A stretch of DNA of 63,993 nucleotides, filler included, from Perkinsus olseni (Eukaryota), in assembly GCA_013115125.1 (NCBI GenBank). It is 6 parts of 6 records of this genome, joined end to end, with 100 filler letters (N's around TTAATTAATTAA, not from the genome) between each part and the next. Parts side by side here need not be neighbours in the genome. Positions count along the whole stretch, not along the records: positions 55,461 to 63,993 come from JABANN010000964.1; 5 more parts are not named here. One strand, given 5' to 3'. The stretch's first letter is position 1, and the number at the start of each line of letters is the position of its first letter. Shown here piece after piece: positions 63,291 through 63,993 of the stretch. The notes beneath the pieces were generated by a model. That model was not told the origin of the DNA and did no database searches. It saw only the letters and a list, made by a program, of their open reading frames with translations. Both the position numbers and the translations under genes were made by a program.

Positions 63291-63993
63291 ATGAATGACG
63301 TCCGGACTTTGAAAGAGGAGGGCTTGGCCAAATACAAGAATGGCGACTTCAAGACAGCAGCCGAATGCTGGCGAGAATCTGTTGATATGCTTGGTGACTT
63401 GGCCGATGCTGTAGGGATCCCCCAGGGAGGTCTACGCCATGAGCACTCCTTCCGCGTGTGCAGGAAGAAGGAGAAGAGTTGGACTTCTCGGACTGGGACT
63501 TCGAGCGGTCCCTATATTTGAACCTTGCAATGGCACATCTGAAGTGTCATGAGCCTCGTGAAGCACTGCGAGCACTCAAATGCATCTTACTCGGTGGCGA
63601 GGACGAGCCGGAAATAATGTTGAAGACTCTGTGAGATGGTCTGGATACTGAGAACGGTGCAACTAGTCGTTTCCTCTCGCCCCTGGTGCCAGGTATCGCA
63701 TGGCCCTGTGCCACAAGGAACTCGGCGAATGGGATGATTTCGATCGCTGCGCTAGAGCGATGCTCGAAGTGGACGGCGAGAGCGTGTTGGCCAAACGGCT
63801 CATCCAGGAAGCAACAGTGAGCGATTTCCTCCTCTTCCGCCTTTTTAGGAAGCTGAGTTCTTTTTGCACCTAGCCTCGTGCTTGGCGTACAAGTTCTCAA
63901 TGACATGATCGTCACAAGCTTTGATCCCTGTATATGAGTATAACCTCGAGGGTTGAACTTAACCGCCAGAGGCAGGCTAGAATGGCTTACTAG
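63291..63993 (+). CDS. TPR-repeat protein (partial)
   Basis: LKEEGLAKYKNGDFKTAAECW, LYLNLAMAHLK and YRMALCHKELGEW are TPR-like helices. Confidence 0.75.

Overview
Eukaryotic protist DNA: compact, intron-rich genes and a probable spliced-leader relic make Perkinsus/Perkinsozoa the best guess (inference). The window is not one locus. Six contigs are joined by artificial 100-nt N44-TTAATTAATTAA-N44 linkers, and the four complete ones fall in descending size (11008, 10998, 10973, 10969 bp). Housekeeping genes: SDS22-like LRR, RPL35A, two glycerol kinases, a cytosolic carboxypeptidase, UTP18, a tail-anchored E2, an enoyl-CoA hydratase ending in AKL, and a TPR protein. There are two lineage-specific secreted families, one with pseudogenised copies. 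The most striking locus is contig 5, where two tandem ZNFX1-like helicase copies are both disabled. One carries a ~0.8 kb CAC...GTG TIR element with no evident target-site duplication, containing GTACGAG arrays, a tRNA-like segment and a 55-bp palindrome. Nested inside that element is an intact 4.5 kb LTR retrotransposon with identical 135-bp LTRs. Also seen: five near-perfect palindromes with a 1-nt centre on four contigs, and a TA-flanked MITE inside an 18S rRNA relic.
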